From: an uncultured Candidatus Saccharibacteria bacterium
Lineage (GTDB): Bacteria; Patescibacteriota; Minisyncoccia; UBA6257; JAUSGH01
Length of the DNA: 64,000 nucleotides
Direction of reading: 5' to 3'
Assembly: GCA_964360025.1 (NCBI GenBank)
Contig: CAYHUD010000001.1
Coordinates: 3,922 to 67,921 of the forward strand
A program made the position numbers and the translations under genes. The notes beneath the pieces were generated by a model. That model saw only the letters and a program-made list of their open reading frames with translations. It was not told the origin of the DNA and ran no database searches. The stretch's first letter is position 1; every line of letters begins with the position of its first letter. This document shows, in pieces, positions 20,344 to 30,401 of this stretch.

Positions 20344-21129
20344 GTGATCATCGAAAGAGCGGATTTCGTACCACTCAAAGAAGTAAGGAAACTTCTCTGG
20401 GAGAAGTTCGCGGAAAGAGATTTTGAGAATCTCCTCGCCGCGATGAAACGGCACCCGGAGATTATCAAAATCTACGGTCCCGATGGTTATCGTAAGCTAA
20501 ATAAGCTTGCGAATCTCGCCGTGAAAAAACAGATTCAAGTCGGGGAAATCCCGGCCGAGGATCTTGTCTGGCATCTCAATATTATCTTTGGGATGCCAGC
20601 TTCGACGGGGAGGATTATTGGACATAAGCACTCCCATGTCGACCGCGTTCACCTGATGAAACTCATCGGGCGAGCGCGACGCGAGCTCCTCGGTCTGGCC
20701 GAGGAGAGAGACCCCGCCGCTTCGCCGCCACAAATGGCACGGCCGGTGGCGGCGGTCGCCGCTCCATTCCAGCCGACCCAGCTCGTCCATGAAAAGCTGG
20801 GCGTGGTGCGCGTGACGCGTCACGCGTATGAACAGTTCGTGGAGAGATTTTACCAGGAACACAAGAAGTTTCTGGGTGATCTCTCTGACTTCTGGACTGT
20901 CCAGACACGGATGCAATTCGTGTTTGGACACACAGAAGAAGTTAAGCTTTCGCCCGAGGCACGGGTGATAAAGCTCATCATCCACCGGGAGCGGGCAAGC
21001 TTCTGGGACAACAAGGCGTATAACATGCGCTTTGTCGTCGCGGAGACTCCGGATGGTCCGGAGCTCCGCACGGCGGAGATCCCCGAGCCCTGGCGGCCGC
21101 GAAAGCCGCCAACCAGAGCCCGCCGCTAA
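20344..21129 (+). CDS. Hypothetical protein, C-terminal T-x-HA-x-x-x-F domain (possible BECR/RelE-like fold)
   Basis: SD GGAGGT, GTG start; VRVTRHAYEQFVER...MRFVV...LRT. Confidence 0.6.
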   Translation: MIIERADFVPLKEVRKLLWEKFAERDFENLLAAMKRHPEIIKIYGPDGYRKLNKLANLAVKKQIQVGEIPAEDLVWHLNIIFGMPASTGRIIGHKHSHVDRVHLMKLIGRARRELLGLAEERDPAASPPQMARPVAAVAAPFQPTQLVHEKLGVVRVTRHAYEQFVERFYQEHKKFLGDLSDFWTVQTRMQFVFGHTEEVKLSPEARVIKLIIHRERASFWDNKAYNMRFVVAETPDGPELRTAEIPEPWRPRKPPTRARR

Positions 21130-21256
21130 CGCTAAGCGGCGAACGCGAAACTACGACAGCCGCATCCGGGAGGATGCGGCTGTTTTCTTTTTTATAAAAT
21201 TATGGTAAATTAGTAGCAGTTCCTGTTTGTTGTTGTTTTCTTGAGAGGAGAAGGCT

Positions 21257-21667
21257 GTGGCAAAGACAGAATCTTCCCCGATGTTGGTTCTTGTGTGGAT
21301 CATGGCATCTGCCATCGTAATTCTCGGCGCACTGCTCGCCAACAGCTGGGCCAAAAAAGACCATGACACCCAAGAAGTAATCGGCCGACTGTATGGATTC
21401 AGCAAGACGGGCTCCGAAGACCGAGGGTGGCGGGAATTCAGGATAGACTTCTATACGGGAATAGGGACGAATCGTGAGACCTACCTAATGTTTGCCTCAA
21501 AGAAAGATTACGATCGTGCATGGGAGTGGATGGAATCCAATCGACGCCCAATAATGGTCAGGGTCCGGTTTGTGCAAAGCGTAGAAGACGTGGTCTGGAC
21601 AAATGAGGCGCCCGCTGATTACATCTTCGGTCACGCCAAAACCATTGAACTTCTGGACGAAGAATAA
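21257..21667 (+). CDS. Hypothetical membrane-anchored protein
   Basis: N-terminal TM, SD GAGGAG. Confidence 0.65.
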   Translation: MAKTESSPMLVLVWIMASAIVILGALLANSWAKKDHDTQEVIGRLYGFSKTGSEDRGWREFRIDFYTGIGTNRETYLMFASKKDYDRAWEWMESNRRPIMVRVRFVQSVEDVVWTNEAPADYIFGHAKTIELLDEE

Positions 21668-21861
21668 CTCATACCCACCCGAGCCACAAACTTAGCCCCA
21701 CAGGCAACCACGCGTTGCCTGTTTTCTTTTTTTGGAATAAGATTTATAAATATAGTAATGTAAAATTGCCGCGTCGCTGCGCTCCTCGCAATGACGGGGA
21801 AGACGCGACACAAGCTTGCCACGGGTCCAACAATTGTCGGACCCTCGCAATGACAAAATAT

Positions 21862-23010
21862 ATGAAACCAGATATCAAAACACTACTCGGGGATGGGGTG
21901 GCCGAGGTGATCGTTAAAAAACACCTGGAGGAAGCGCTTCAGTCCGGCAAAAAATTACGGATCAAGTTTGGCGCCGATCCGACATCGTCCGATCTCCACC
22001 TGGGACACGCCGTCGCGCTCATTAAACTACGCGAGTTTCAAGACGCCGGACACCAGATCGTATTTATAATAGGCGACTATACCGCACGGATCGGCGACCC
22101 CACGGGGAGGTCAAAAGCGCGGCCGCAATTAAGCGAAAAGGAAATTGAACGAAACGCTGAAACATATTTTGCCCAAGTCAGTAAAATACTGGATGTTAAA
22201 AAAATTGAGATAAGGTACAACAGCGAGTGGTTTGGTAAAGAGCCGGAGTGGGCTCTGCAACTCACGCGGCTTTTCACCGCCCAGCGTATTCTAGAGCGAG
22301 ACGATTTCACAAAACGAATAAAAGAGGGCACGGAGGTATTTGTAAATGAGATGCTTTATCCAATAATGCAGGCCTATGATTCCGTAAAAGTTTCCGCCGA
22401 TGTGGAACTGGGCGGCACTGATCAAAAGTTTAATATGCTGACTGGACGCGATATCCAGCGCCATATGAACTTGCCGGAACAAGACGTCATCACCGTGCCG
22501 CTCTTAGTTGGTCTCGATGGTATCCATAAGATGTCTAAATCTTTAGGAAACTATATCGGCCTTACCGAGGAGCCGAACTCAATGTTTGGGAAGATAATGT
22601 CCCTGCCCGATGCTTTGATTGATTCCTACTATGAACTGCTCGTTGGCGGTAAAAGCGCGGCTAAAGACCCGCGCGATTCTAAACTGCAACTCGGCCAACT
22701 TATCGTGGATATGTTTCACGGCAAGGGATCAGGACGTAAAGCGCAGGACGAGTTTATTGGGATATTCTCCAAGAAAGAAAAGCCAAAAGATATTCCGGAG
22801 ATTGCAATAGGGAAAGACAGCTTGACGCTTAGCGAGTTATTGATAACGACAGACCTCGCTAAAAGCAAAAGCGAAGCGCGTCGGCTGATAGAGCAGGGGG
22901 GCGTGAAGGTGGACGATGAGAAGCAGAGCGATCCCGCGGCAATGATAAATCTGAAAGAATCAAAACTGCTACAGGTAGGGCCGAAAAAGTTTTTGAAAGT
23001 AGTGAAATAA
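21862..23010 (+). CDS. tyrS: Tyrosine--tRNA ligase
   Basis: G.DPT..DLHLGH, GG.DQ, KMSKS, C-terminal S4 domain; start at MKPDIK. Confidence 0.97.
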   Translation: MKPDIKTLLGDGVAEVIVKKHLEEALQSGKKLRIKFGADPTSSDLHLGHAVALIKLREFQDAGHQIVFIIGDYTARIGDPTGRSKARPQLSEKEIERNAETYFAQVSKILDVKKIEIRYNSEWFGKEPEWALQLTRLFTAQRILERDDFTKRIKEGTEVFVNEMLYPIMQAYDSVKVSADVELGGTDQKFNMLTGRDIQRHMNLPEQDVITVPLLVGLDGIHKMSKSLGNYIGLTEEPNSMFGKIMSLPDALIDSYYELLVGGKSAAKDPRDSKLQLGQLIVDMFHGKGSGRKAQDEFIGIFSKKEKPKDIPEIAIGKDSLTLSELLITTDLAKSKSEARRLIEQGGVKVDDEKQSDPAAMINLKESKLLQVGPKKFLKVVK

Positions 23011-23103
23011 AATATAAAATCCCCTTTTAGGGGATTTTATATTGGAGCGGGCCGCTCATTTTAAAAAATGAGCGAGCCTCGCTCAAAATCGTGTATGATT
23101 TTG

Positions 23104-23175
23104 AGCGGGTAACGGGAGTCGAACCCGTATTTTTACCTTGGCAAGGTAATGTAATTGCCGCTATACGATACCCGC
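23104..23175 (-). tRNA. tRNA-Gly(GCC)
   Basis: Reverse complement folds; anticodon TTACC-TTGCCAA-GGTAA. Confidence 0.93.
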
Positions 23176-23259
23176 GACATTCATTATCTTACGGTATTTT
23201 ACCTAATAAATCAATCATTAAAAAAAACCGCGCATAAGCTATCTTGCGCGGAATAAGCT

Positions 23260-23865
23260 CTATCCTCCCCTTCCAAGCTCTTGGCTGATAGGAACTCCGG
23301 CTTTGCAGAGCGGACAATGCTTTGCCTCCCAAGATTTCAGATCCTGATTGATAAGCGAAACGAGGGGAACGCCACCCACATCTTTGGCAGTCACCTTGCC
23401 GCGGTTGAAAAGGGCTCCCACAGCCACTACTTCCCCGCCGCATTTCTGTACGGCCTTTACAACTCCCCGCGCCGATTTACCGGTCGTAAGCACATCCTCC
23501 ACGACCGCTACGCGCCCATCACGGAGATACGCGCCGAATCCGCGCTTGAAGATGAATTCCTCGCCGTCTTTTTCGGCATAGACACTTATGATGTCCGACC
23601 ATTCCTGAAAATGCCCATAATGGAAGGCAACGCGATTTCCCAAAACGATGCCACCAAGGGCCGGAGCGGCAACGACGTCACACCACCCTCCCGTATTTTC
23701 AAGAAGCAAGCGCGCAAGATTCATTGCCAATTCATCCAATCGCCACGGGTAAAGCGACAGCGCATCCTTATTGATATAGACCCGACTATGCCGCCAGGAG
23801 GTAAGGATAAAATGTCCATCAACAAAAGCTCTTACAGCAAGGGAAATAATATCCTGCTCGTTCAT
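23260..23865 (-). CDS. pyrE: Orotate phosphoribosyltransferase
   Basis: GHFILTS.RHS..Y, VAVVEDVLTTGKS PRPP motif. Confidence 0.88.
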   Translation of the reverse strand: MNEQDIISLAVRAFVDGHFILTSWRHSRVYINKDALSLYPWRLDELAMNLARLLLENTGGWCDVVAAPALGGIVLGNRVAFHYGHFQEWSDIISVYAEKDGEEFIFKRGFGAYLRDGRVAVVEDVLTTGKSARGVVKAVQKCGGEVVAVGALFNRGKVTAKDVGGVPLVSLINQDLKSWEAKHCPLCKAGVPISQELGRGG

Positions 23866-23959
23866 CGTTGCACCCTCCTTAAGACAAAGAACCAGCTCAA
23901 AGCTTAACTAAAAAATTGCCGCGCGGCAAATTGGTTCCGAAGATCGAAAAATTTGATAT

Positions 23960-24043
23960 TGGTGCCCGGGGCCGGACTCGAACCGGCATGCCTCTCGGCG
24001 CATCCTCTTAAGGGATGTGCGTCTGCCATTTCGCCACCCGGGC
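23960..24043 (-). tRNA. tRNA-Leu(TAA)
   Basis: Anticodon CATCC-CTTAAGA-GGATG, variable arm, CCA. Confidence 0.95.
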
Positions 24044-24139
24044 ATATTACTAATGAAAAATTCAAAAATCAAAATGGAAAATTAAAGTTTAGTTCATCGC
24101 TATTTATAATTTTGAGATTTACATTTTCAATTTACTATG

Positions 24140-24212
24140 AGGCCTGGGCGAGAATCGAACTCGCGCAATATCTCTTTTGCAGAGAGACGCCTTTCCACTT
24201 GGCTACCAGGCC
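24140..24212 (-). tRNA. tRNA-Cys(GCA)
   Basis: Anticodon TCTCT-CTGCAAA-AGAGA, U73. Confidence 0.93.
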
Positions 24213-24224
24213 GACAGCCTTATT

Positions 24225-24572
24225 TTAACTGTTTTCTTCTGTCTTTTCAATCTCCAGCAAATCCTTCTCAATCATCGCCGCCTTTTCCGGACCATGATCC
24301 AGAAAGAACAAAATACGCGGAGTGGGCCGCAAATTAAGCTTATGATTCAACTCGTGTTGAAGCCGTCCCGTAAACTTTTTTAAAACTTCCGCTACGCGCT
24401 CTTCCTTATCATGAGGGATAACGCTAAAACCGACATTGGCGTGCTCTACGTCTTTTGACACCTCTACATTAGTGATAGTGACTAGAGCGCCGTCAAACTC
24501 CAGCTCGCGAATGATTAGCTCCGCAAGAGTTTCCCTGATTAATTCACTCATTCTTTCCGGACGATGCTTCAT
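24225..24572 (-). CDS. rbfA: Ribosome-binding factor A
   Basis: R.ERMSELIR, VTIT.VEVS.D, LRPTPRI.F..D. Confidence 0.93.
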   Translation of the reverse strand: MKHRPERMSELIRETLAELIIRELEFDGALVTITNVEVSKDVEHANVGFSVIPHDKEERVAEVLKKFTGRLQHELNHKLNLRPTPRILFFLDHGPEKAAMIEKDLLEIEKTEENS

Positions 24573-24580
24573 GTTAATAG

Positions 24581-26026
24581 TTATTGCCTAAAAACCAAAT
24601 GGTCGCCGACGCGGGGCTCGGTATCGGACTCAAATAACATCCCACACTCCGCGCCAGAGGCAACCACCGCCACATCTTTCTTCTGGCTTTGCAGATTGAT
24701 GATCCGGCCCTTGCCTAAAATCTCGCCGCGCCGCTCCATCTCCAAAACAAAACTATTTTTTATTTCACCTGCGACAACTTTCCCGCCCAACACCTGTTTT
24801 TTCCCGGAGCGCTTTCCAAAAAGCGCCAGAATCTCCAAATCGCCCACAATCTTCAGAGTCGTGCCTGTTTTAATCATCTCCTCCACCACCTTAACCAAAT
24901 CATAAATAATTTCCGACTGAATAATTTTCACACTACTGGCTAAAGCTAACGCCGCAGCGGCTTTTGTCGGCTTTACTCTGAAAGCAATGATCGCCGATTT
25001 ATTAGCAAGAGCCGATTTCACATCGCCGTCAGTGATTTCACCCACGCCCTCGCCGATTATTTCTACATGAACGCTTTCGGGGCGCGGCAGGCTCTTAATG
25101 ATGCCTGAGAGCGCCTCCAGTGATCCGGAAACATCACCCTTAAGAACGAAATTTAAAATCGTGAGGCCCTCTGCGGGAGCGACGGCCTTAGTTTTCGCAG
25201 TTGTCGCGGAAGCAATATCTTTTAGTTCAATATTTCCGGCAATAAATTTATCACCCACCGCCGGCAGGATTTCAAAGCCAAAAATAGAAGCGGGACTGGA
25301 CGGTATCAACATACTTTCTTTTTTACCCAGAAAATTTTCCAGCACTTTCACCCTGCCTCTCGCCGCTCCGGCTTGGATATTGTCGCCCGTTCGCAAAGTC
25401 CCATTTTTCAAAATGACATTGGCGATATTTCCCTTGCGCGTATCAAGACGGCTTTCCAGAATAAAACCCTCGGCATCTGTCTCCGGATCATAAGTCAGGC
25501 CCTCCACATCAGCGGCAAGAAGTATCAAGTCCAGAAGCTCGGGGATGCCCGCGCCTGTTTTCGCGGAGACACCTTGATAGCTAGTCGCGCCGCCGAATCC
25601 TTCCAGAAAAACTTCCTCCGAGAGAAGCTGGTTTTTAACATTTTGGATATCCGCATCGCTGGCTTTATCAATTTTATTGATCGCCACAACAAACGGTGTT
25701 TCAGTTTGTTTAAGGACCTTAATCGCTTCTTTGGTTTGATTTTGCACGCCATCAGTTGCCGCGACGAGCAAAATAGCGACGTCGGCAATGTTTGCTCCGC
25801 GGGCGCGCATCTTAGAAAATGCTTCGTGGCCCGGAGTATCAATAAAGGTAATACGCTCGCCATTATGAGCAACTTCATAGGCGCCGGTCCCCTGCGTAAT
25901 ACCGCCGGCTTCCTTCCCGGCAACATTGGCCTTCCTAATATAATCCAGCAAACTGGTTTTACCGTGGTCAACGTGGCCCATAACGACCACGACCGGCGGT
26001 CTCTTTTTCATTTCAGACATAGCCAT
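24581..26026 (-). CDS. infB: Translation initiation factor IF-2 (short form)
   Basis: [28 protein letters not shown]; true start at MAMSE. Confidence 0.97.
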   Translation of the reverse strand: MAMSEMKKRPPVVVVMGHVDHGKTSLLDYIRKANVAGKEAGGITQGTGAYEVAHNGERITFIDTPGHEAFSKMRARGANIADVAILLVAATDGVQNQTKEAIKVLKQTETPFVVAINKIDKASDADIQNVKNQLLSEEVFLEGFGGATSYQGVSAKTGAGIPELLDLILLAADVEGLTYDPETDAEGFILESRLDTRKGNIANVILKNGTLRTGDNIQAGAARGRVKVLENFLGKKESMLIPSSPASIFGFEILPAVGDKFIAGNIELKDIASATTAKTKAVAPAEGLTILNFVLKGDVSGSLEALSGIIKSLPRPESVHVEIIGEGVGEITDGDVKSALANKSAIIAFRVKPTKAAAALALASSVKIIQSEIIYDLVKVVEEMIKTGTTLKIVGDLEILALFGKRSGKKQVLGGKVVAGEIKNSFVLEMERRGEILGKGRIINLQSQKKDVAVVASGAECGMLFESDTEPRVGDHLVFRQ

Positions 26027-26115
26027 ATTATACGCTATTTCTATATCCCTAGTCAATTTAAGCTGTGTTTTCGTGGTTACTTTTTCACTTATTCCTATTT
26101 TGTTATAATTACAAT

Positions 26116-26610
26116 ATGCCAAAAAGAAAAATAGAAAACTTAAAAGATCCGGCGCTCGCAGAAATGAAGGAATCAACCAAGGCGCTTTTTGAAGACAGGG
26201 AGGAAGGAAAAGAAGTCGCGGGGCGGCTTTTGGAAGAAGAAAAAGAAAAGATATTAGCCGAGGAAGAGGCGGCCGAGGAAGCAACCAGGAAAGAATTCCG
26301 TGAAATGGCGGAGATGACCGAGGCGCTCCATGAAGCCAAAGAACCATTAAGAGAAGAAACCCCTCTGGATACGCTGGAGCCCAAAAGAAAAGAGGCGGTG
26401 CTCCGCTGGGCAAAAATAGCTGAAAAAAATCCGGAATTAAAGGATATGTTTAAGGCCTTTTTGTATGAGGAGGTTTTGAAAGCGCAGAAAAGAAAAAAAG
26501 AAGAAGAAACGAGGAAGGCAGAAAGGCAGAGAAAAGCGGGGACGATGCGCGCTCTTCCGCCGAAAAAACGCGGCTTTTGGGACAGGGTCAGCGGGTGGTT
26601 AAACTGGTAA
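26116..26610 (+). CDS. K/E-rich helical protein with Trp-rich amphipathic C-terminus
   Basis: TATAAT upstream; ends KKRGFWDRVSGWLNW. Confidence 0.7.
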   Translation: MPKRKIENLKDPALAEMKESTKALFEDREEGKEVAGRLLEEEKEKILAEEEAAEEATRKEFREMAEMTEALHEAKEPLREETPLDTLEPKRKEAVLRWAKIAEKNPELKDMFKAFLYEEVLKAQKRKKEEETRKAERQRKAGTMRALPPKKRGFWDRVSGWLNW

Positions 26611-26752
26611 CCGGGAAGTAGAAACTCAGCTGATGAAACTAAGCGTGGGCTGAGTTTGCACTTCCTGGTAAAAATTGAGGGGTAAAAAAGCCACGCTGCC
26701 GGCGTGGCTGGGTATCATCCGAGGAAACTACTCTCCGTCTATCTTTATTCAG

Positions 26753-26792
26753 TTGTCCACTATCTCGTCCCATGGGACGAGATAGTGGACAA
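26753..26792. repeat. Palindrome family A, copy 4
   Basis: Perfect 40-bp palindrome identical in core to copy 2. Confidence 0.97.
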
Positions 26793-26868
26793 TCTACGCG
26801 GTATCAGAGGCGGGAAACTTGCCGATTAACATATAAAAGTGTATCTTATAGACAGCATCGCGCGATAT

Positions 26869-26958
26869 GGAGGCGTGGCCGAGCGGCTTAAGGCAGCATC
26901 CTGCTAAGATGTTGTCCGCGAAAGCGGACCGGAGGTTCGAATCCTCCCGCCTCCGCCA
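26869..26958 (+). tRNA. tRNA-Ser(GCT)
   Basis: Anticodon loop CTGCTAA, long variable arm, GCCA end. Confidence 0.96.
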
Positions 26959-27020
26959 GTAAATTTAGGCATAAATACAACAAATTTTCATCAATACCCG
27001 GAAGGGATTCGAACCAAATT

Positions 27021-27575
27021 ATGGCTATTAAGTACAAACAAAAACATCCTGAAACTTGTTTAGCAAAATGCCTTATGATTTTGTTAGAAAAGAAAGAGGG
27101 TAAAAAAATCGCTGATAAATATGAGATGGATTTACTCAATTATTCTTTTAGACATGAAAGGGAGAATATAGCTCGCGGTCACCTTGAGAAGGTCATAAAA
27201 GATTTTAGTATTTCTGTTAATTGGTTTGTTGATTCAAAAATATTTTTTGACTTTATTAAGGAAAAAAATATGAAAAAGAAAATAAAACTGGTTAACCAGA
27301 AAGTTAACTTGAAATTTATTGATAAAATTTTAGATAACCCGATTATCGTCTATTTGGATAGATTTTTTCTTTGGGATAAAAGTCACAGTTTGTATTACAA
27401 ATATCATTATCCCCATTTTATAATAATCAATAAAAAGATAGGTAATGATTATGAAATTATTGATCCAGATGACGGTAAAGTAAAAATAATTCCCAACAAA
27501 ACTTTATCAAAGGCTATTATTTCGCTAAGAAATTATTTATGGATCAGTCCACACATTATCAATATTAACCGCTAA
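27021..27575 (+). CDS. Peptidase C39-like protein (very AT-rich)
   Basis: Q...TC...CL, HFII, I.DP: Cys-His-Asp papain-like arrangement. Confidence 0.7.
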   Translation: MAIKYKQKHPETCLAKCLMILLEKKEGKKIADKYEMDLLNYSFRHERENIARGHLEKVIKDFSISVNWFVDSKIFFDFIKEKNMKKKIKLVNQKVNLKFIDKILDNPIIVYLDRFFLWDKSHSLYYKYHYPHFIIINKKIGNDYEIIDPDDGKVKIIPNKTLSKAIISLRNYLWISPHIININR

Positions 27576-27754
27576 TATGGATATAGCGGATTACAACAGA
27601 TTATAGCGGCAAAATTTAGTAAATCTTTTGAGCAAACTCCGGAACATCAAAATAGTTCGGACTTTCCATGTAAAGTTTCCTTAATTGTCGTATAATTGAA
27701 TCGATCTTCCGAATATTTAGCCGATTTATCGGTTCAAAGTTCCGGAAATCGCCA

Positions 27755-27895
27755 CCGCCTTCGTCACGACGTAGCTTTAGCGAAGTCGGAATTCACTAAA
27801 GCTACGTCGGACTACGGCGTGATGAAATCCGCCAAGACGAGCGAAAGCGGGAAGCGGTTCGCCAAAGCGAACCTACGGCGTGATACAGTCCGCCA
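27755..27895. repeat. GC-rich hairpin repeat cluster (GTAGCTTTAG/CTAAAGCTAC; CTACGGCGTGAT x2)
   Basis: CGACGTAGCTTTAG...CTAAAGCTACGTCG inverted repeat; CTACGGCGTGAT..TCCGCCAAG duplicated. Confidence 0.7.
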
Positions 27896-27993
27896 AGTTT
27901 TACATTCAGCGAAATCAAATCGACTACATCTCTTTTCTCTGTAATAATTGTTGAGGTGGTTGTATGTCACAGCCCCATTCAAGGAGGAAATCC

Positions 27994-28581
27994 ATGGCCG
28001 AGTCATATGTTCTCATGGTGTCTTTGAGGCACCAGATATCCTTGATGCGGGAGCGCATCCGGTGGCATCGCGACCAAAAAGGTGATGACCGCTGCTGGCT
28101 GGATGACTACGAAGTTTGGGCATTGCTACCCGATTCACCGCCCGAGCCCAGAACGCCACCGACCTTTGAAGAGGGAATGCGCCGTTGCCGGGAATTCTGG
28201 ACATATCGCCGCGCCGAATATCCCGATCCCGCGCCGCCAAATGCCGCGCTTGACCGCAATTGTTGGGACGACGACCTTTCGGAAATGTCCGTGGAAGAAT
28301 TGGCCCGAGAGTTCCTTCGCATCGGCGGCGCCATTCGCGCCCATCGTGGTGTGACGGGTCGTCCACGGTATCTCCCCGATGACCGCGCTCTCTACGCCGT
28401 CTTGCCGGAGAAAATTCCGGCCGACTTCCGCCTGCCGCCTAAAGAAGAATTCTTGGGCGAAGCAAAAGCTCCCAATGCCGGATGTCCCGCCTTTTGGCGA
28501 AGCCACTCCCGATGCACCGCGTGCAACCTCCACCAGTGGGGGCCGTGCCGATTGACACCCCGACTTGCTCTAAATCATTAA
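27994..28581 (+). CDS. Hypothetical protein with internal duplication and Cys/His-rich C-terminus
   Basis: SD AAGGAGG; IR.HR....DD..L.A.LP repeated twice. Confidence 0.7.
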   Translation: MAESYVLMVSLRHQISLMRERIRWHRDQKGDDRCWLDDYEVWALLPDSPPEPRTPPTFEEGMRRCREFWTYRRAEYPDPAPPNAALDRNCWDDDLSEMSVEELAREFLRIGGAIRAHRGVTGRPRYLPDDRALYAVLPEKIPADFRLPPKEEFLGEAKAPNAGCPAFWRSHSRCTACNLHQWGPCRLTPRLALNH

Positions 28582-28754
28582 TTTAGATGAGCTTGAAAAG
28601 ATTTCTGTTTTTGTTTGACTAATAGCTAAATTTGTGTAAGAATCGCTGTTCGTCCGGAGCCTTGGAGTTACACTCCTCGGCCTTTTTCTTTTTTTATGAG
28701 ATATACTTTGTTATAATAAAATCTAGTTATAAACTCTTAAATTAAATTTTATTT

Positions 28755-29423
28755 ATGGCGAGAAAAAAGCTAGAAGAATTTGTCGTAGGGGGAACAGCTC
28801 CGGTTAGCGAAAAAAGATTGAAGAGTATGAAAAAGAGCCTGGGTAAAACCCTGGAAAAAGTTCTTGCTCAAAAACCGGAACCAGTGGAAGAAAAACCGGT
28901 TGATGAAAGACCCACGGCAAAGTCCGCAGCTGAAGTGATTATGGAAAAAGCGGCTAAAAAGAGAGATGAAGCGAAGGCAGAAGCTGCAAAAACAGAACAA
29001 GAACTTAATACTTATGAAAAAAGGCGGAGTGATTTAGAGGAAGCCGGCAAAGAAGCCATAGCGCAATCAATGGAGGAGAAAAAAACACGGGAAAGAAAAG
29101 CGCGGCGTGAAAACATACGCAAAGAAATGGCGGGGATAAAGGAAAAGATAAAAATAGAAGGACCGTTGTCGCCAACCACTAAAGAAAAGGAGCAAAAGGC
29201 GGAAGAACTGGCCCGCCAGCTGGCTCATAAGGGGTGGGAAGAAGCTCAAAAAAAAGACGCGGAGAAGGTGGCGATGGAACTAAGGGAGGCAGAGACCGAG
29301 AAAACCAGTATGCAGGCCGGAGAAATAGGGACAGCCCCCGCAGAGATGACATTGCCGGCTAAACTATGGGGCAAGGCCAAACAATACGGATGGAAGGCCT
29401 GGGGTTGGCTTAGAAGTTTGTAA
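28755..29423 (+). CDS. K/E-rich coiled-coil protein with Trp-rich amphipathic C-terminus
   Basis: 222 aa, ends LWGKAKQYGWKAWGWLRSL; upstream of ddl. Confidence 0.7.
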   Translation: MARKKLEEFVVGGTAPVSEKRLKSMKKSLGKTLEKVLAQKPEPVEEKPVDERPTAKSAAEVIMEKAAKKRDEAKAEAAKTEQELNTYEKRRSDLEEAGKEAIAQSMEEKKTRERKARRENIRKEMAGIKEKIKIEGPLSPTTKEKEQKAEELARQLAHKGWEEAQKKDAEKVAMELREAETEKTSMQAGEIGTAPAEMTLPAKLWGKAKQYGWKAWGWLRSL

Positions 29424-29436
29424 CGGTTAGATTTTA

Positions 29437-30330
29437 ATGAAAAAAATACGCGTAGCAGTCCTCATGGGCGGCCCGTCCGCGGAGCACGAAATATCGCTCC
29501 GGACGGGCCGTATGGTTTTAGAACACCTTGATAAAAATAAATATCAGGCGCGAGGTATTGTTATTTCTGAATCCGGACATTGGCCGACCTCTATCGCCAG
29601 TATAAAAAGAAGCTTTGATCTGGCTTTCATCGCTATGCACGGAGAATATGGCGAGGACGGGCAGGTGCAGGAGCTATTGGAAAGGGCGGGTATTAAATTC
29701 ACGGGCTCCGGAGCCGCGGCAAGCAGACTGGGGATGGATAAAGCCGCCTCCGGCGCTTTATTTCAAAATGCGGGGCTAAAAATACCGCCACGAGCGGATA
29801 AAGTCCCTTTGGTTATCAAGCCATCCGATCGCGGATCAAGCGTAGGCGTGAGTATTGTAAAAAAGAATTACGAAATCGCTCCAGCCGTGCTTCTCGCGGC
29901 AAAATATTCCGCGAACATAATCTGTCAGAAATACATTCAGGGACGCGAGTTCACCTGTGGCATCTTGGAAACAAACAGCAAAGCAAAAGCTTTGCCGCCA
30001 ACGGAAATAATCCCTAAGACCAACTTTTTTGACTATAAAGCGAAGTATACCAGCGGAGCGTCGCGAGAAATAACGCCTCCGGAATTGTCCGTTTCTAAAA
30101 TTAAAGAAATTCAAAGAACCGCGCTTGCGGCGCATCGCGCCATCGGCGCGCGGGGACTATCACGGACCGATGTTATCATGGATAAAAAGGGCGTTTTTTA
30201 TGTATTGGAAATAAACACCCTGCCGGGACTGACAAAAACCAGCTTATTACCGCAAGAAGCGGCGGCTCTGGGCATAGAGTTCCCGCGTCTCTTGGAGATT
30301 ATTATTGAAAATGCTCTGCGTAGGGTATAG
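29437..30330 (+). CDS. ddl: D-alanine--D-alanine ligase
   Basis: GGPSAEHEISL, HGEYGEDG, GSSVGV, EINTLPG. Confidence 0.97.
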   Translation: MKKIRVAVLMGGPSAEHEISLRTGRMVLEHLDKNKYQARGIVISESGHWPTSIASIKRSFDLAFIAMHGEYGEDGQVQELLERAGIKFTGSGAAASRLGMDKAASGALFQNAGLKIPPRADKVPLVIKPSDRGSSVGVSIVKKNYEIAPAVLLAAKYSANIICQKYIQGREFTCGILETNSKAKALPPTEIIPKTNFFDYKAKYTSGASREITPPELSVSKIKEIQRTALAAHRAIGARGLSRTDVIMDKKGVFYVLEINTLPGLTKTSLLPQEAAALGIEFPRLLEIIIENALRRV

Positions 30331-30401
30331 AGACTAGGGTATAGCCAATAGGAAGATGCAGATACTAGCCACTAGGGTATGGGGTGTAGTAAAATAGGAG
30401 T

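Noticed and set aside
21715-21861. Longer TyrS N-terminus
   Set aside because: Encoded by CCTCGCAATGAC repeat units; the real start is probably MKPDIK.
26027-26413. N-terminal extension of IF-2 in the ORF track
   Set aside because: It is the antisense of the 26116 gene; IF-2 homology begins at [11 protein letters not shown].
26611-26670. Hammerhead ribozyme (CTGATGA present)
   Set aside because: No stem II followed by GAAA in the required order; it is a simple long hairpin after a stop codon.
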